Virus record (IMG/VR): IMGVR_UViG_3300037467_000752
Reading direction: 5' to 3' (one strand)
DNA from: a virus
Lineage: Duplodnaviria; Heunggongvirae; Uroviricota; Caudoviricetes
DNA length: 64,000 nucleotides
Below are positions 63,793 through 64,000 of this stretch, piece by piece (within the stretch, counting starts at the first letter, position 1; every line of letters begins with the position of its first letter). The notes under the pieces were generated by a model, which did no database searches, was not told the DNA's origin, and worked only from the letters and a program-made list of their open reading frames with translations. The position numbers and the translations under genes were made by a program.

Positions 63793-64000
63793 ATGCGTCC
63801 CGCATTCGCCTATTACCGTGTTTCCACTCGTGAGCAGGGTGACAGCCGCAACGGCCTAGAGGCACAGGCTAAGGCCGTCCAAGCATTCGCACAGGGGGCA
63901 GGCTACAGCCTGCAGGGTGAATCCGTAGAGGTCGCCAGTGGGGGCCTGCCCCTGCCCGGGCGTCCCATCCTGCAGCGGCTGCTATTCCAAGCCCGGCACG
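63793..64000 (+). CDS. Serine recombinase (resolvase/invertase-type catalytic domain), 5' portion; continues beyond the window
   Basis: Motif AYYRVSTREQ, the Y-x-R-V-S-T-x-x-Q serine recombinase active-site pattern. Confidence 0.6.
   Translation, partial: MRPAFAYYRVSTREQGDSRNGLEAQAKAVQAFAQGAGYSLQGESVEVASGGLPLPGRPILQRLLFQARH

Noticed and set aside
1-64000. CRISPR arrays or rRNA genes
   Set aside because: No regularly spaced direct repeats with unique spacers and no rRNA-like conserved stretches were seen. The only repeat clusters are operator-like (55.5 kb) and DnaA-box-like (63.4 kb).

Overview
This 64 kb window appears to be tailed-phage (siphovirus-like) DNA, most likely a prophage or phage-plasmid. 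Every call below comes from reading the ORF translations and the raw sequence by eye; no searches were run.

Layout:
- 1-28.9 kb, + strand: a T7-like replication and nucleotide-metabolism module. It holds a bifunctional primase-helicase, a family A DNA polymerase, a 5'-3' flap nuclease, an SSB-like protein with an acidic C-terminus ending in F, and a ThyX-like protein. There is also a ribonucleotide reductase interrupted by a LAGLIDADG intein, followed by a glutaredoxin-like gene, a MazG-like gene and a metallophosphoesterase.
- Five free-standing HNH homing endonucleases are scattered across the window, four in this module and one beside the terminase, plus an AP2-domain-only remnant in this module.
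- About 23.2-28.0 kb: a compact cluster of ribose-phosphate pyrophosphokinase (Prs), nicotinamide phosphoribosyltransferase (NAMPT/NadV), an uncharacterised vWA-domain protein and a macrodomain protein. I read this as a phage NAD+ reconstitution and ADP-ribose counter-defence module whose vWA and macro components have no described role. This is the most interesting candidate system in the window.
- 29.0-55.4 kb, - strand: lysis genes (GH108 endolysin, holin and spanin candidates) and a complete structural operon.
  - It contains a 2223-aa tape measure protein and tail assembly chaperones with a -1 frameshift site.
  - It also holds the major tail and capsid proteins, a decoration protein, a scaffold, an S49/ClpP prohead protease and the portal.
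  - Large terminase follows, then a 680-nt ORF-free region, an HNH endonuclease, a tRNA array and a tail fibre.
  - The 680-nt region is where a small terminase or cos site would be expected.
- 55.4-55.86 kb: a divergent promoter region with repeated palindromic operator-like motifs.
- 55.9-64.0 kb, + strand: an early or accessory region of small ORFs with a few recognisable genes.
  - Recognisable genes are PhoH-like, ClpP-like, a second metallophosphoesterase and dCMP deaminase.
  - There is also a DUF2493-like gene disrupted by a frameshift or deletion, and a truncated tRNA-like element.
  - A DnaA-box cluster and the 5' part of a serine recombinase gene follow.

I found no rRNA and no CRISPR array. 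Numerous long antisense ORFs, typical of GC-rich DNA, were rejected as spurious.
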